Source of the DNA: Monocercomonoides exilis PA203
Lineage: Eukaryota > Protista > Preaxostyla
Length of the DNA stretch: 64,000 bases
Reading direction: 5' to 3'
Assembly: GCA_001643675.2 (NCBI GenBank)
Contig: LSRY02000027.1
Coordinates: 992,001 to 1,056,000, forward strand
A model generated the notes under the pieces. It made no database searches and had not been told where the DNA came from. It was given only the letters and a program-made list of their open reading frames with translations. This document shows, in pieces, positions 35,531 through 50,000 of the stretch. Numbering within the stretch: the first letter of the stretch is position 1; each line of letters begins with the position of its first letter. The position numbers and the translations under genes are program-made.

Positions 35531-36979
35531 CTACAAATACACAAAATAATCAGGAAAATTCTCAACCAAACGAAAATCTCCAAATATACTTGGACAAATA
35601 TAATGGTACAACCAGATGACTATATCTTCGTATCCTTCTTCTTCCATCTTTTCAAACATCTCCCTTTTCAATTCTTTTCTTTTCGCATCTTCCATTTCAC
35701 CACCTATTTCATCCAATAGCATTGAAGCATCCTTAAAGAATATCAAACAATTCCACATATAATAGTGTTTTAATGTTGGCTGCTGAATCCCTTCCAAAAC
35801 AGCATCAACTGCTCCACTTTTCAGCAACGCATCAACTTTCACAGCTCTTTCTTCAGCTGCTGCTTCAAAAGATAGAATGCATCTCTTACCTATTTCACTG
35901 TGATTATCTCTTGATACTCGAAGCACACCAACAATGCTTTCAACAATCCCTGAGCATTCTTTATTCAATGCTCCGCACGGAACAAAGAAATTATCAAAAT
36001 TTTGCAGCCATCTTTTCAAAACAAGTTCTTCATTCTTCCCTTTTTCTTTAACTTCCTCTTCTTCTTTCTTCTTCCAATCCACGCTTTGCATCAGCTCATC
36101 CAATTCTCTTGCTGCCTCTCTTTCAAAATGCAGCTCATCCACAATAACTTCTATTGTTTTTTGGTCGTTGAGCGATAGAATAATCAAAAAACCCCAAGCA
36201 GACTGATAGGCAAGCCGTGTCAAATTGTGATGCTTTTCATGATATTGAATGATTTCTTTGATTTCATTTAGATAAAGATCTTTTTCAACTTTCTATTCAA
36301 ATATTTGCAAAAATATCAATAACTTAAAAAATACAAAAGCGATGTTCAAACATAACATATGTTAATGCAACTCAGTGCCATGAGTGCAGTTTCCACTTCT
36401 TTTTGAGTCTCCTCGTTTTCCTCCTTATTCAACGCAACTTTCAGTAGATATGGCACGCAAACAGAATCAAATTCCATTGATGTTGACCCTCCAAATAATA
36501 GCATGCATTCACCAAGATCAGCAATTAGCTTTTCATCATTTCCTTCCTTTTTCTCATCTTCTTCAGCAACCATCTTCTCAAATCTTGCTTTCAGCAAAGA
36601 ATTTCTGAAGCCATCATTCCATATGTCTTTCAACGAGATGAAACGCCCAATATGTATCAGCAAGAATAATGCATTTTCCATCGAAAGTTTCTCTTCTTCA
36701 ATCATTTCATCCATTTTATTGAATATTTCTTTTGTGAATGTTGAATAAAGTTCTTCTTCATCCATTTCTTCCATCAATGCAATAATTTCTTCGATCTTCT
36801 GCTTATACTCATTCTTGTCGCAATCTTCAAGCTCAGAAAACAACTCTTCAAAAAAAATTATTTTGACGGAAAGCGCTGAGCATTCAAAAAATAGAAAATA
36901 TGAACAAACTTGAAAACTTATTTGCAAGTGATTGCTTCTGAGCACCATCATTGGATTTTTCCTCATCATACATTTCCAT
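35531..36979 (-). CDS. Second member of the same family, convergent; 3 exons (36979-36910, 36845-36352, 36292-35531)
   Basis: Same motifs (LFSELEDCDK..KQKIEE, HHNLTRLAYQSAW, LLKSGAVD, FEKMEEEGYED) and equivalent intron positions. Confidence 0.85.
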
Positions 36980-37469
36980 CCTGTCTATTACTAGCAAAGA
37001 TCAACTTGTCGCAAAATTTCAAATGAAAAACAGAAAAACAAAAACAATATTGTCGAAAATTGACAAAACAAAGATAAAGTCCAAACTCAATTCCTTTGAC
37101 TAGTTGAAAAAAAATCTATGTTAAAAAAGAAATCACAAAGAAGCCAACGATACAGGCTATATTAAGTCGAATACGAAAGAATTAAATTTCGCACTGATCG
37201 AGCCAACAATAATTCATTTCATTGAAATGGATGGAATTTCGATTGAAAACTTTGAACATGTCGGAAAGTATCCCACATATCTGGAATTGAGTATTAAAAG
37301 AATATTTATTTCAACATTATTGACCACATGAAGAAGAAAGGAAAAGACTTTGAAAAGAACATTTCGAAGAAGAGACAAAAAAGCAACAGTTTGTTCATTA
37401 ATCGTGCATATACTTCATTCAACTCAAAATTAAAAGAACAAACGTTGATGTTTTAATTTATGTGCTAAC

Positions 37470-39920
37470 ATTTAGAGTTATGTTGAGGCTTTGCTTCATC
37501 GAAATGATTTTTTCTATTGTATCAAAGCGTTTACTGGCTTCTGTGGTGGCTTCAAAATTAATATGTTGAGTGAAGCTACAAGCTATAAGGATACTTTTAT
37601 CATTAGTTCCTTTCTTGAGTGGGTTGTTCAAGCTGAAGAAAAATTGATGAAGGGAATCAGGCTTTCGTTAATCTACGAATATTTGATATTCGGGCGAATG
37701 ATTGTAGGACACTTTAGGACTGCATCAGACATCAGTGAAAATCATTGTTTATTGAGCATTGAATGAGATAATATTCCAAAAAGCTTTGCGGTTGAGCGAA
37801 GATGAAAAAGTTCGAAAAGAAGAAAGTTAATGCAACATGCAGAATCAAGCACATGCTGGATTTTGAATTCATTTCAACGCATTACTCGCTTAATGGTGTT
37901 ATCGTTTAATGTGTATTTATCTGTAAAGACGCTTGTTGCGTTTTATAGAAAACCATCTTTTTGGATTATTTTGCTGATTTTCATTATTTAGCCTTTCATT
38001 GTGTATTTCGGTGCAAGTCATGAAATAATTCGAGCGATGCAGAAATGAATCTGACAAAACAGGCCAAACTGCGGTTGATGTGTTTGATCAGATTAAGGTG
38101 TGTTATCCTTATAGAGTAGTATTTTTGCTTTTTTTTATTTATTTATTTATTTTTTTGAAAAATAATTAAAAATGAAAGAAAGAAAGAAATCATACAAAAT
38201 TAAAATAAATTATCCTTTTTTGCGATGATAATTTCATATTTTATCTTTCCTATTCTCTTTCTCTTTTTCTATTTATTCTTTCACAATTTATTGATATAAT
38301 TTTTTCAAGCTTCTTTGAAACTTCCCTCAAAAATCGATTTTGCATTCAGATTCTCTTCATAACAATCGAATGCATCGTTCAGTCGCCTGTTGAGCCACTC
38401 ACTCTCATCGTGCTTATTTGCCTGAACTTCTGTCAGCATCTGCCTTTTGAAAGTGTTTGTCTTGTTTCCTTCGACAAGCACCGCTCAGCCACTCAGATGC
38501 ACATTGGATGGCGTGCCATCATCGCTGAACAGCATCTGAATGGAGAGAAGTGACACCAAACAGAATGGAGATTGTGCTTCAGCCAGTCGAATCTGCTGAG
38601 TCTGCTGAGTATGCTGAGTCTGCTGACAGATGTGAAGAGAAAGAAGGAGAAGAGGGAGAAGAGAAAGACGAAGGTGAAGAAAGGGAAGAAAGGGAAAGAA
38701 GGGAAAGAAGGAGAAGAAGGAAGGAGAAAGAGGAGAAGGAGAAGAAGGAGAAGAAGAAGGAGAAGAAGAAGGAAGGAGAAAGAGAAAGAGAAAGAGAAAA
38801 GTTGAGTGATGATGATGAAAGCAATTGTGAAAAGAAGACTGAAGATTCAATCAATGCGATTTCTTCGTCTTCAACTTCATCTTCTCCATTTTCTGTCCAA
38901 TCTCCTTTCATTTCAAGTTTACAATCTGCTTCTTCTTCCTCTTCTTCCTCTTCTTCCTCTTCTTCGTCTTCTTCCTCTTCTTCGTCTTCTTCTTCTTCTT
39001 CTTCTTCTTCTTCTTCTTCTTCTTCTTCTTCTTCTTCTCAAACCACATCAGCCTTGCTTTCTTCTTCCTCCTCTTCCTCTTATTCCTCGTAATCTTCAAA
39101 ATTATGAAAAGTGAAACAAATACATCGTATTTAAAGCATGATTTCGTTATTCTTTGCTCTGCTTGAATATTCTCCTTCAACTTCAATATTTGTTATTTCA
39201 TTTTATTCAGCATAAGTTGAAACGCTTTGATTCTGATGTGCTTTTGCCATTCAATGAGAGGCTTTAACAAATAGATCAAAAACTTGCTTTATTCGCTTTT
39301 CTTCGACTCTTCTGATAAATGGATGAATGAGCCTTCTTTAAACTTTTCATTCACAATTCTGAAGATGAAATATCCTTTTGGCAAATTCATTTCATTGCAA
39401 TCTTCTTCTTCTTCTTCATCTTCTTCTTCGATGATCAACAAAAATTTTGATGTTTTTTTCATTTCATTCAACTTCCCCCAAATTCAACTTCAGGCCTCAT
39501 CTTTTATTTCTCTTACGAATCGAAAAAGAAATATTCGTTCACTCGCAAAATTTTTGCCAAAGTTATATGTCAATGAAATCGGTAATTGTGAGCCAGAATA
39601 GCAGATCAAAAGGCATGCAATCAGAAAAGGAAGACGAGTTTGCCTTTTTCATTTGGAAGCTGAAAAAGACGCATATAAAAAGGAATGGCTATTAAAACAA
39701 TTCTTTTATGAAATGGATAAGGACCAAAATAGCACTTGGCAGGTTACACAACATCACATTCCTTCAACATGTGCAGAAGATGAAACGAAGAGGGAAACTT
39801 TTTTATTTGAAAAGGCATATTTAATGGAAAATTCAATGAAACAGCCGAATTTACAAAAGACTAGTTATGTTGATTTCATCAAATGCACATCTGAGCTGTT
39901 TTCTTCTTCTTCAGCATGAT
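37470..39920. pseudogene. Decayed coding-like fragments and low-complexity (GAA/TCT) sequence
   Basis: TM-like remnant WIILLIFII*PFIVYFGASHEIIRAMQK on + (~37960-38050); interrupted E/K-rich and Ser-rich frames at 38550-39600; no coherent gene model. Confidence 0.25.
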
Positions 39921-39939
39921 CTCCCCAACTTTCTTCGAT

Positions 39940-40600
39940 TTAACCGTCACTTGCACCAATCCACCGACAAGTCAGCTGATGAAATGATTTGTGCCTTATG
40001 ATCTGCACCTTCTTCAGAAGCCCCATCGCGTTGTGCGTGCACTTGCAGATTGCCAATGCCAACTCGCAATTCATTGCTCTGATACCAAGAATGTTTTCCA
40101 CATATGCATTGTCAGCTGTACGCCCGTTGAGAAATATAAACAAATCGACATTCCAGTTGCTTCTGTTCTGTCATGTCCAACAGCCGAGTTGTCTTTCTGA
40201 GTGATGCTTCTCATGACGGCGAACAAGGGCTCTTTCACAGAATCGACAAGGGATTCGCACACAAAATACACATCTCTTCCAACACTCGCTTTGTTGGCTG
40301 AAAACACGATATTGGTTATGGAAAAGGTTGTGGATGACACTTGTGAGCCTTCGTTGAACTCGGTCATGAGAGCACCGCCTCTTCCTCCAGAAGTTGTATC
40401 CTCACTCACTGAGCAGGTGGAGAAGGTGGAATCACTCACTGAAAAGGAGTTGGAAGGGGCAGATGAGACGAATGAGATGCATCCGTCATTGGTGGCGGTC
40501 TGTTGGTTTTGTGGAGCTGAGTTGATGTTGGTGATGGTGCAGTTTGTGAGGGAGAGGGAGAGGGCAGGGGAGGTGGAGGAGGAAGATGATATTAAGGAGG
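39940..40600 (-). pseudogene. Inverted, frameshifted fragment paralogous to the middle of the adjacent giant gene
   Basis: Encodes ALSLSLTNCTITNINSAPQNQQTA...GGRGGALMTEFNEGSQVSSTTFSITNIVFSANKA..KDNSAVGHDRTEA, matching ~43590-44050, then a frameshift. Confidence 0.85.
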
Positions 40601-41057
40601 AATAACATAACTACGATGAAACAAAAGAAGAACGAAGTGTATTCGCAGAAGATTCCATACAAGTTCTTTTGGAACATGGAGAATAATTGAGACAGTTATT
40701 GTTCTTGGTTGCATTTTCTGTTCTACAATTCTGTGCTCTGTTTGCTGTTGTTGCTGAGCCACAAAGCTGGAACGGTGATTTGGTGTTGCTTTTTGAGAGG
40801 AATGAACAAAAGAAAACGTTTTGCTTGCTTATTTTTTGAAACCAAAAATTAATTTAAACGATAAATATATTTTTAGTTAAATAAATATTGCTTCAAACGA
40901 AGCTGTGAAACAATTCTTTCTATTAATCCTTATTAGTTATTTCAAACTTAAGTTTAATTTTAATTTTTTTATTTTGTGTTTTTGTTTTTCACATTTTCAA
41001 AAAATAATATGGTTCTCAGAAATTTTTTTTCCTCATTTTTTTTCTACATCCTCATCC

Positions 41058-44000
41058 ATGGCGAGATGCTCCCCCAGCCTGACAGCTGCATTATATAATA
41101 TAGTTATCTTATTGCTTGTTATGAACTGCGGTAATTGCAGAGGCATTGCAGAAAGGCGATTTCAACAAAAAATGAGCAAGGAGATGCAGAAAGGCAAGAT
41201 CATCATTGCAGATAAAAATCACGATTACAACAATTACTTTTACAATTCAATGGAGAAAGTTATAAAACCAGCTGACAATTACATTTACAGCATTCAAACA
41301 AGTCTAAAAATCATCAACTCCTCCTTGTGTGTGACCCATCTCAACATCATCCCTCTCAGTACTTGTCCACTCCTCACTTCTCAGCAACATTCAGCTGCCA
41401 CCATCTGTTCCTCCACTTGCCAAGTCAACCCAGCAACAAAATCTCCACTTTTCCTCTCTGGCCATGCCTCCATCGCCCTCACAAACTTCTCCCTCACCAC
41501 CCACCAACCAGCCATCTTCTCCTTCCCCATCTTCTCCACCCCAAACAATCTCCTCCCACATGCCCACTCCCCAATCCCTGCCTCCTTCTCCATCTCCCAC
41601 TCCTCTTTCTCTTCATTCATCTCCCTCATCCAGCCCTTCCTTTTTTCTCCTTCTTCCCTTTCCTCTTCTTCTTCATCTTTCTCATACTCATCATCTTCTT
41701 TTTTATCCCCTTCACCTCTCCATATCCATCACCAATCCCATCCCTACCTCCAAATCCACCTCCATCTCCATCTCTCAAACACCATCTTCTCAAACATCTC
41801 ATCTCCTCAATTCCATCCATCTCTTCCATCTCTTCTCTTACACTCACTCAATCCTCTCATCTCAACCACCTCTTCCTCTTCTTCCATTTCCACCAACATC
41901 AATTCAATCCCCTCTTTCTCCCTTCATTCATCTCTCTCCATCCACTCAACCATCTTCCTCCACACCCACAACCCCATCGATGGTGCCATTCTCCCAAACC
42001 TCAACAGACCATCCACTTCAGTCTCTGCCTTTAATGCTTCTTTTCTTCACCAAATTCGATCTTCATCCAATGGCCCTATTGTGCATGTTGGATCTGAGAC
42101 CCAACGAGAAACACCTGGAAGATTGGATTCATTCGATCAGAACAGCCATCGCTTCGAATGGTGCGTATGGAATGCTTCGAATAGTGGAACTTCACCAGGA
42201 GGGGCACTATGTGTTGTTTGTAAATATTCAAATCTCGAAATCAAATCAAGCATTTTTAACAATTGTTTAACCACGGGTGGATTTAATGGAGGAGCATTAT
42301 TCTGTCAAAACTTATTGCAAATCAGTATCGCAAAATCCAATTTCACAAGTTGTTCGGCTTTGCATGGAGGAGCAGCAGCGATATGGTATCCTCAATCAAA
42401 TTCTGTTTGGATATTCCAAGGAAACGGAGTGGAAAACTGTAATATAACGGATAGTATTGGAACTGGTTGGTATTTCAGGCTTGAAGACATGCCATCGAAT
42501 GCTCGATTTCTGTTTTCAAAATGTGAGTGTATTAAAAATACTGGTGGCAATTCTGTTGGCTCTTTAGCATTTAATTATCCTCCAGTCAACAAGACAATTC
42601 AGTTCTCGGTCAATGACTGCCAATTCATAAACAATAAATTGACAAGTTCATCTTCAACGCTTGGAGGTGCTGCACTGTGTTGCACAAATACCTTCACTTG
42701 GATGAGCGGAGAAAAATTCATCACATTTTGTTTCTTCAACGGCAATGCTGCAACTGGTGGCAGGGGGAATGATGTGTTCTTTTACGGAAATGCCATCACC
42801 CAATCTCCGTTTGAGAATTGTGGATCAACAACCCCATCAAAAAGAGTCTGGAATCAAGGAACAGCTGATAATGCTGAATATAATAGCTGGCTCCCCCTCA
42901 TTGCCCAGAACAAAGTCGTTGCCAGCAATGGAACCAATACAGATGTATGTGGCAGACCCCAACAGACCCCATGTGCCACCATCGAGTATGCCCTCACCGG
43001 CTTCATTTCGCTCCTCCAAGACGCCTCTCTCACCCTCCTCTCCTCAACATTTGTTCCCACTCAAACACTCACTTTCAGCGCGGTTGACACTAAAATCACT
43101 GGAAATGGCACAACTGCCACCACCATCGCCTCCAGTGGCATTCCCCAACCACCAAACTCACATTCACAGTCATCACAATCAACATCATCATTTTCTTCAT
43201 TTTCATCATCAACAACATCTTCTTCACCAGATCCATCTTCCGCTTCTTCCCTCTTCCAACAGACTCAGGGCTCCCTCACAGTCTCTGCCCTCGCCATCGC
43301 ACATTACTCCTCAAATCAAATAACCCCCATCCTCTTCCACCTCTCCGATAGCTCCCCGTCCCTCAACCTCAACTCAACCACCATCACAGGAACAACCTCC
43401 ATAACAATAAAAACACCCCTCTTCTTCCTCACTGCAGGCTCCCTCGCCCTCAACCACACAGCAATCACCAGTCTCACCCTCAACAGTCAAAGCATCTTCC
43501 ACCTCACCTCCCTCACCGCTCCCCTCACTCTCAACTCCTCCAACATCACCGATATCACCTCCACAGCCACACCCGCCAGCTGTGTCCTCTCCTCTGCCAC
43601 CTCCCTTGCCCTCTCCCTCTCCCTCGCCAACTGCACCATGACCAACATCAACTCAGCTCCACAACACCAACAGACTGCAGCCAATGGCGGGAGCATCTCA
43701 TTCACCTCATCTGCCCCTGCCAACTCGTTTTCGGTGAGTGACACCACCTTCTCCAGCTGCTGTGTGAGCGAGGATACAAGTTTTGGAGGAAGAGGAGGGG
43801 CACTCATGATCGAGTTCAACCAAGGCTCACAAGTTTCATCCACAACCTTTTCCATCACCAATATCGTGTTTTCAGCCAACAAGGCCTGTGTCGGAAGAGA
43901 TATGTATTTTGTGTGCGAATCATTTGTCGCTTCTGTGAAAGAGCCCTTGTTCGCCTTCATAAAAAGCATCACCCAGAAAGACAACTCGGCTGTTGGACAT

Positions 44001-47000
44001 GACAGAACAGAAGCATTCGGTGATTGGGATGTCGATTTGTTTATATTTCTCGATGGATATTTCTCAGATTCAATTTATGTGGATGGAACATCTGGAGTGG
44101 AGAAGGCATATTGTGGCTTGGAAAAGGCACCTTGTTTGAGTGTGAATTATGGAATGGAACATTTGAAGAAAGCACAAACCTCAAAACAGGAGATTATTTT
44201 ATGCACCAATTCGTCTATAACTGGATATATGGATGTGGGTGGGGTGAGTGTGAAGGCAAAAGAGGAGGAAGTTGTAAGTATCGAATGCAAAAGTGAATTG
44301 AATGGGTCTGAAGAAGAATGCATCATGAAATCTGCATCGCTGACAGAAATGGAGCTCATTGGGATTGTTGTTCCATCAAATTTTTCAAGAACGGTCTCAG
44401 CAGTGATTGAATCAAGCACTCAAAATGGGGAGTTGCACATGAAGAATTGTGAGATGAGTGTGATTGGAGGGAAGCAAAACACAATTGGATTTTCATTGAT
44501 CAAATCGACAGGGAAGATGGTTGAGCTGGACTCTGTAACGATATCAGATGTGAAATCAGCAGTCTCGTTATTTTCATTTTCACTTTCCTCATCAAATATT
44601 AATGAACAGGAATACAAAGTGAAACTGTTGAATTGCGCACTGGAAAGATTGGAGATTGATGGAGACGGAAAGGCAGCAATATTTGAAGGGAATGTGGGAG
44701 TTGGGATGATGATAAATGGAAGTTCAATTGACGTGGCATTTTCGAAGAAGAGCAAAGAAGGAGGAGCATTGAAGATAGTGTTGGAAGAAGGTGGATATAT
44801 GACAATTCAAGAGAGCTCATTTGCTGGATGTGTTTGTGAGAATATGAGTGAGGGAGGAAAAGGAGGAGGGATTTATCTGGATTGCAGTCTGAATGAAGAA
44901 GCATTTCAACTTTCTTCGATTTCGTTTTCAGGATGCTCAGCAACAGTTGGGAAGAACATGTTTGTTAAGAGCAGCAATCTGGTGAACAGTGTGAATACAG
45001 AGCGATTTGCATTTGATTGCACAGATTACGAGGAGGATGGAAATGCATTTGTTGGAGAAGATGGGATTTATGGAGAAATGGATCTTCGAATGCTTCTTTC
45101 AGAACTGAAGTGGGTGGAGGTGTCTGTATCGAAGTATGGGCATGACACATTGGGATGTGGAAGTGAAAAATTCCCATGCGAATCGATGAAAAGTGGAATT
45201 GACCACATTGACAGAAGTGGGACAGAAGGAGAAAGGAAAGTGAAAGTGAAAGATGAAGGGACAATTGAAAATGCCTTTTCTTTCACAGATACACTTGTGA
45301 TTGATGGGTATGTGAATGAGGAAGAAGAAATTAAACGCAGGTCAGTTTATTTTGAAGGGGCAATCAATGGGGATTCTTCATCATTATCATCTGTTATTTC
45401 ATCAACTGTCTCATTAAGCTTGTTATCTTTGAAGTTGCAGATTCCAAGTCAATTTAAGCCATGCATGAATTCCTTGATCTCTTCGAGTAATAATCTTCAA
45501 CTCGAAAGTTGTTCATTTGATATTCAATCATCAACAGATATTATTCAATACTCATTAATATCCACAACCACTGGAAGTTGCACATTGAAGGGATGCAGTT
45601 TGGCAGATTGTTCGTTTATCATATCACCATTGGTGATGGCTTCTTCTGTTTTATTTGAAAACAGCAGCTTTTCAAGCATTATGAACACTGGAAGCGGTGA
45701 AGAAGGTGGTGTTGCAAGAGTAATATTAAAAAACGACGAAGATTTGTTCATTAAATCAACAAATGTATCATCGTGTTCACTTTCATCAGGCAAAGGAAAA
45801 GGTGGATTCTTGTATTTGGATTGTCAAAATTGTTTGAATGAAAAGCCATTTGTTTTTGATGCTGACGTAACTTTTAAGAATAACGATGCGGCCATTGGAA
45901 AGAACATGTTCATTTTGGGAAAGGATTTTAATTCTTCTGTGACAAATGAGTCATTCAATTTTAATTATTCATCAATGATAGATGATGACAATTTGTTTGT
46001 AGGAAGTGATTATTTTCATTCGAACAAAGATTTGTTCATGTTTCTGATTTCATACAGCTCCATTGAAATATTTATCTCATCAGAAGGATTTGATGTGGCG
46101 CGTTGTGGAAGTGAAGAAAAGCCATGCTTCACAATGTGGAAAGGGATGGAAAACATGAAAAAGGGAAATGGAAAGAAAACCATTTATATTGAAGGATCAA
46201 CTATAATTCAAGATTCATTCAACATGTCCAATTATCTGATCAAAAAGTGTGTAAAGATGGGAGAAGAGAATGTGAAAGCAACTTTGAATTTTGAAAAGTC
46301 AATTGGAAGTCAACTGGAATATATTATGGTGAATAATATTCATCTTGAATTGACAAATATCCAGCTCCAATTAACATCTGGATTTGACAACTCAGCCAAA
46401 ACAATTATTTCAAACAAAGGAGGAGATTTGGTGATAAGTGAATGTTCATTCCATTCAGAGGCAGGAATGAACAATGGATTTGATTGTGTATTTGTGGATG
46501 CGATTAGAGGAAATGTGGCAGTGAATGATTTGTCGATTGAATCGTGCAATGTTGGAAACAGTGTTTTTGTTATTCACGATTCTGGAGTTTCTTGCCATTT
46601 TGTGAATGTTCGAGTGGATTCGTTAAATGAAAGTGGAGGTTGTCCTCTTCTGATCAAAGGAACTGAATTAACAACAACAACAAAGATAAATGAAGCGGAC
46701 GAGGAAATGAATCTCAAAATTGATAATTCATCATTTTCAGGTGTGAAGAGAAGTGACAATGGAGCGAGCATTTTGGAATCAAAGTGTGAGAATAAGATTT
46801 GTTTGATTGTGAATGCGAGCAACATAACAGAAGACAAGGCAGAAACAAGTGAAAAAGGAGGGGCATTATTCTTCAGATTGGGTGCATCAGGCTCGATGAA
46901 GATGATTGACTCAACAATCAGCCATTGCAGCTGCACTAATGGGAAAGGAGGAGGAGTGTATTTGGCAACAAAAGAACGAGGTGATTTAAATTTCACATTT

Positions 47001-50000
47001 TTGGGAATGAAATTCAGTGCGAACACAGCAAAAGTGGGGAATGATATTTTCATTGAATGTTTTAATATCACGTCTCAAATAAATGAAAGCCAGTTTCAGT
47101 TTGATCTTCGAGAGAATCATTATTCACGAATTAATGCGATTTATGGAAGAGATTTCTGTGATTATCAAAGTGATTCAAATCTGATTGGATTTGTGACTAT
47201 CCATCAGAGTGACACAATTATTGTGAGTGGTGTGAATGGATCGGATGATAGACAATGTGGAACAAACTCTCTTCCATGTGACTCAATTGAACATGGACTG
47301 ATGCATCTGACCTCAGATATTCTGAGTCTGATATTCGTTGCTGAAGAGAGTGTGATTGAAAGAGAATTTGATCTGAAAGAAATGAGTTTGAGTTCGAAGA
47401 GTAGAGAGATGTGTGAAGTCGAAGTGAAATCAGATATTACAAGAACAAAAGAGGCATTAGTTACAACAGCAGGAACAGTTTCATTATTGAGAGAGAAATT
47501 TGTTTTCGAATCAAATTTCATTTCTTCACATGAATCACTGATATCACCAGAGGGAGGGATTCTTGAAATTATGAATTGTTCTTTTTCTTCAAAACAACCA
47601 GTGGAAGGTGTTAATGCTGAATTTGCAAGAATTCCATTTGACATTATTAATATGAGAAAAGGAGAATTACAACTTGAGGGATGCACAATATCAAATCTCA
47701 TTCTTCAAAAATTTTCAGTCTATCTATCATCATCACCTCCATCAGTGATTTATTTGTTTGAGATCAGCAATTCAACAGTTTCTCATTCGCTTGTTGAAAT
47801 TATTGAAAGTGGACAATTTTCTATAAAGGATTTCAATACAAAAAATATCACAGGTAAAGGAAGTGGAGAATCATTAATATCTTGCTTGGCAATGAAAAAG
47901 ATGATGCAATTGACAAATTGCACAATCAGTGGAGCAAATTCAATATTTTCAAAAGGGAAATTGATGAAATTGGAGGATTGCTCAAATGTGAAAATGGATA
48001 GTTGCATTTTTAGTGGAAGCGCAAAGGAAAGAAATGAACAGACTGTCAATGAGGAAGAAGAAATGTGCAAATGGTCTGGATCTCTTGTGGATGTTGTGAA
48101 GAGTTCTTTGATGATGAAAGACACAACAATATCGAATTCAGCTGAAGGTGGAATAACAATGAGCGGAGGAAATGTGATAATTGAGAAAGGAGAGTTTGTC
48201 AACAACGATCCATCGATTGAAGGATATCCATCGCTGAGAAGAAATATCATCGGTTCAGATTCTGGAACATTGAATGTGAAAAGTTTGAAGGGAGGAGATG
48301 GAGTTTTGCCAAATGCATCACTTTGGATGTTGAATGATGGATGTAGTTTTGAAGGGATTGCAGGAGAAAGGGCATCTCCATTTTTCATTCCTGATCTGGA
48401 GAGTGTATCATCTGAAAAGTTAAGGGAGAAGGTGAATCTTGTGTTCAGAGGATCACTTCTCCTCCCTTGCAATCTCTCATTCGAAACAGTTGCAGCAGAA
48501 GGAGATGAGGAAGTGGTTGAGAAGCATTTGTTTGATGAAAGAGGTTTCAAATCAGAAGAAGAGGTGCATGGGTCTGTTTCTGTGGAAACAATTGAAGGCA
48601 TTCCAAGTGAAGCAGAAGTGAGGGTATGTATTCTGTTTGGGAATGCAGAATCTCCTTCATCAACTCAGTCATTCATTCTGAAGAATGCAAGTGTGCCAGA
48701 ATCAAAAGGAGATGAAAGATTAGTCGAAGGTGGAAAAGAGGGAAAATCATCGTGGACATTGATTGTGATTGTTTTGTTGATTGTGATTTTATTGATTGTT
48801 CTCATCGTCGCAATAGCCTTTATTGTGAGATGGAGAAAGCAAAAGAGACGAACAGAAGAATTGGAGATAATAGTGGAAGACAATATTAAAAAGGATCCGA
48901 AGGCGTTTGAGATGGTGACGATGGAGATGTCACCTGAGGAGCAGTGGAGGAGAGTGGCAGGGGATGTTGAGAAGAAGAACGATGAGAGGATAAAGAAGAG
49001 AGTGTATGATAAAAGCTTGGGACACTCGGAGTCATCAGAGCATTTACTGAGTGAGAGCGGATCAACTGAATATATTCTTGGAAAAGACTCAGACAATATT
49101 CCTGATTGGGCATTGGAGAAAGTTGAAAAAGAAGAAGAAGAGATGAGGAAAAGAACGCCATCACCTTCCATTTCATCCACTTCATCCACATCAACCACTG
49201 ATTTGGATTCAACATTTGTTCGGGGTGAGGATCTGTGTCCAACTACCTCATCTATGTCTAACTTGGTGGATGCAATGGCATGTTCTTCGCCTCATGAGAA
49301 GCTCATTGTGGATCTGAGGGATTCGCTGTTCATGTTGTTGCATGGAAGGAATGAAAAGAAGGAGATGGCGATTGGCACATTGAAGGAGAGAGAACAAACA
49401 GCTGCTCAAATCCTGTTCTGGGTGGCTAACCTTGCTCTCCACTCCTTTGATGAAATGGAAAATTCACTTCAATCATTAGCCAATTTGAGTCCCCACATTG
49501 TATTGTTCTCTGAACGCATGGTCATCTGCATTGTCATGCACTCAGACTTCTTGTCTGATGATGATTCAGACTCGTCTTCCATCTCTTCATCAACTGTTGT
49601 GACTTCTGCCAGCGATGATGATGATGACTCTCTGCCCTCATCCGTCTTTGAGGATGAGGATGACTTCAAAAAGGAGTGCCTGAGATGGAAGGCGCCTGAG
49701 CTGCTGATCAACAAGAAGATGGGAGCAACAAAGGAGTCAGTTGCCTTTTCGATTGGAATGATGCTGTGGGAGTGCTTGACGCTCCAGATCCCGTTCGGGG
49801 AGTATGAAGCAGAGGTGGCAGGACAGAAGATTGTGAATGGAGAAAGATCGAACATGGAAGTAATCAGTGAATCTCGAATGAAGGGAATGATTGAAAAGAC
49901 GATGAGCATGAACGCAGAGCATCGCCACTCATTGTCACAGATCAAGCGGGAGTTTGTGGAATTGTTTCCGCAAAGTGCAATGGTATTCACAATGACAGAT

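Noticed and set aside
40905-41057. GTG-initiated N-terminal extension of the 3057-aa ORF
   Set aside because: Eukaryotic gene; the T-rich stretch looks like UTR or promoter, and ATG 41058 precedes a hydrophobic signal.
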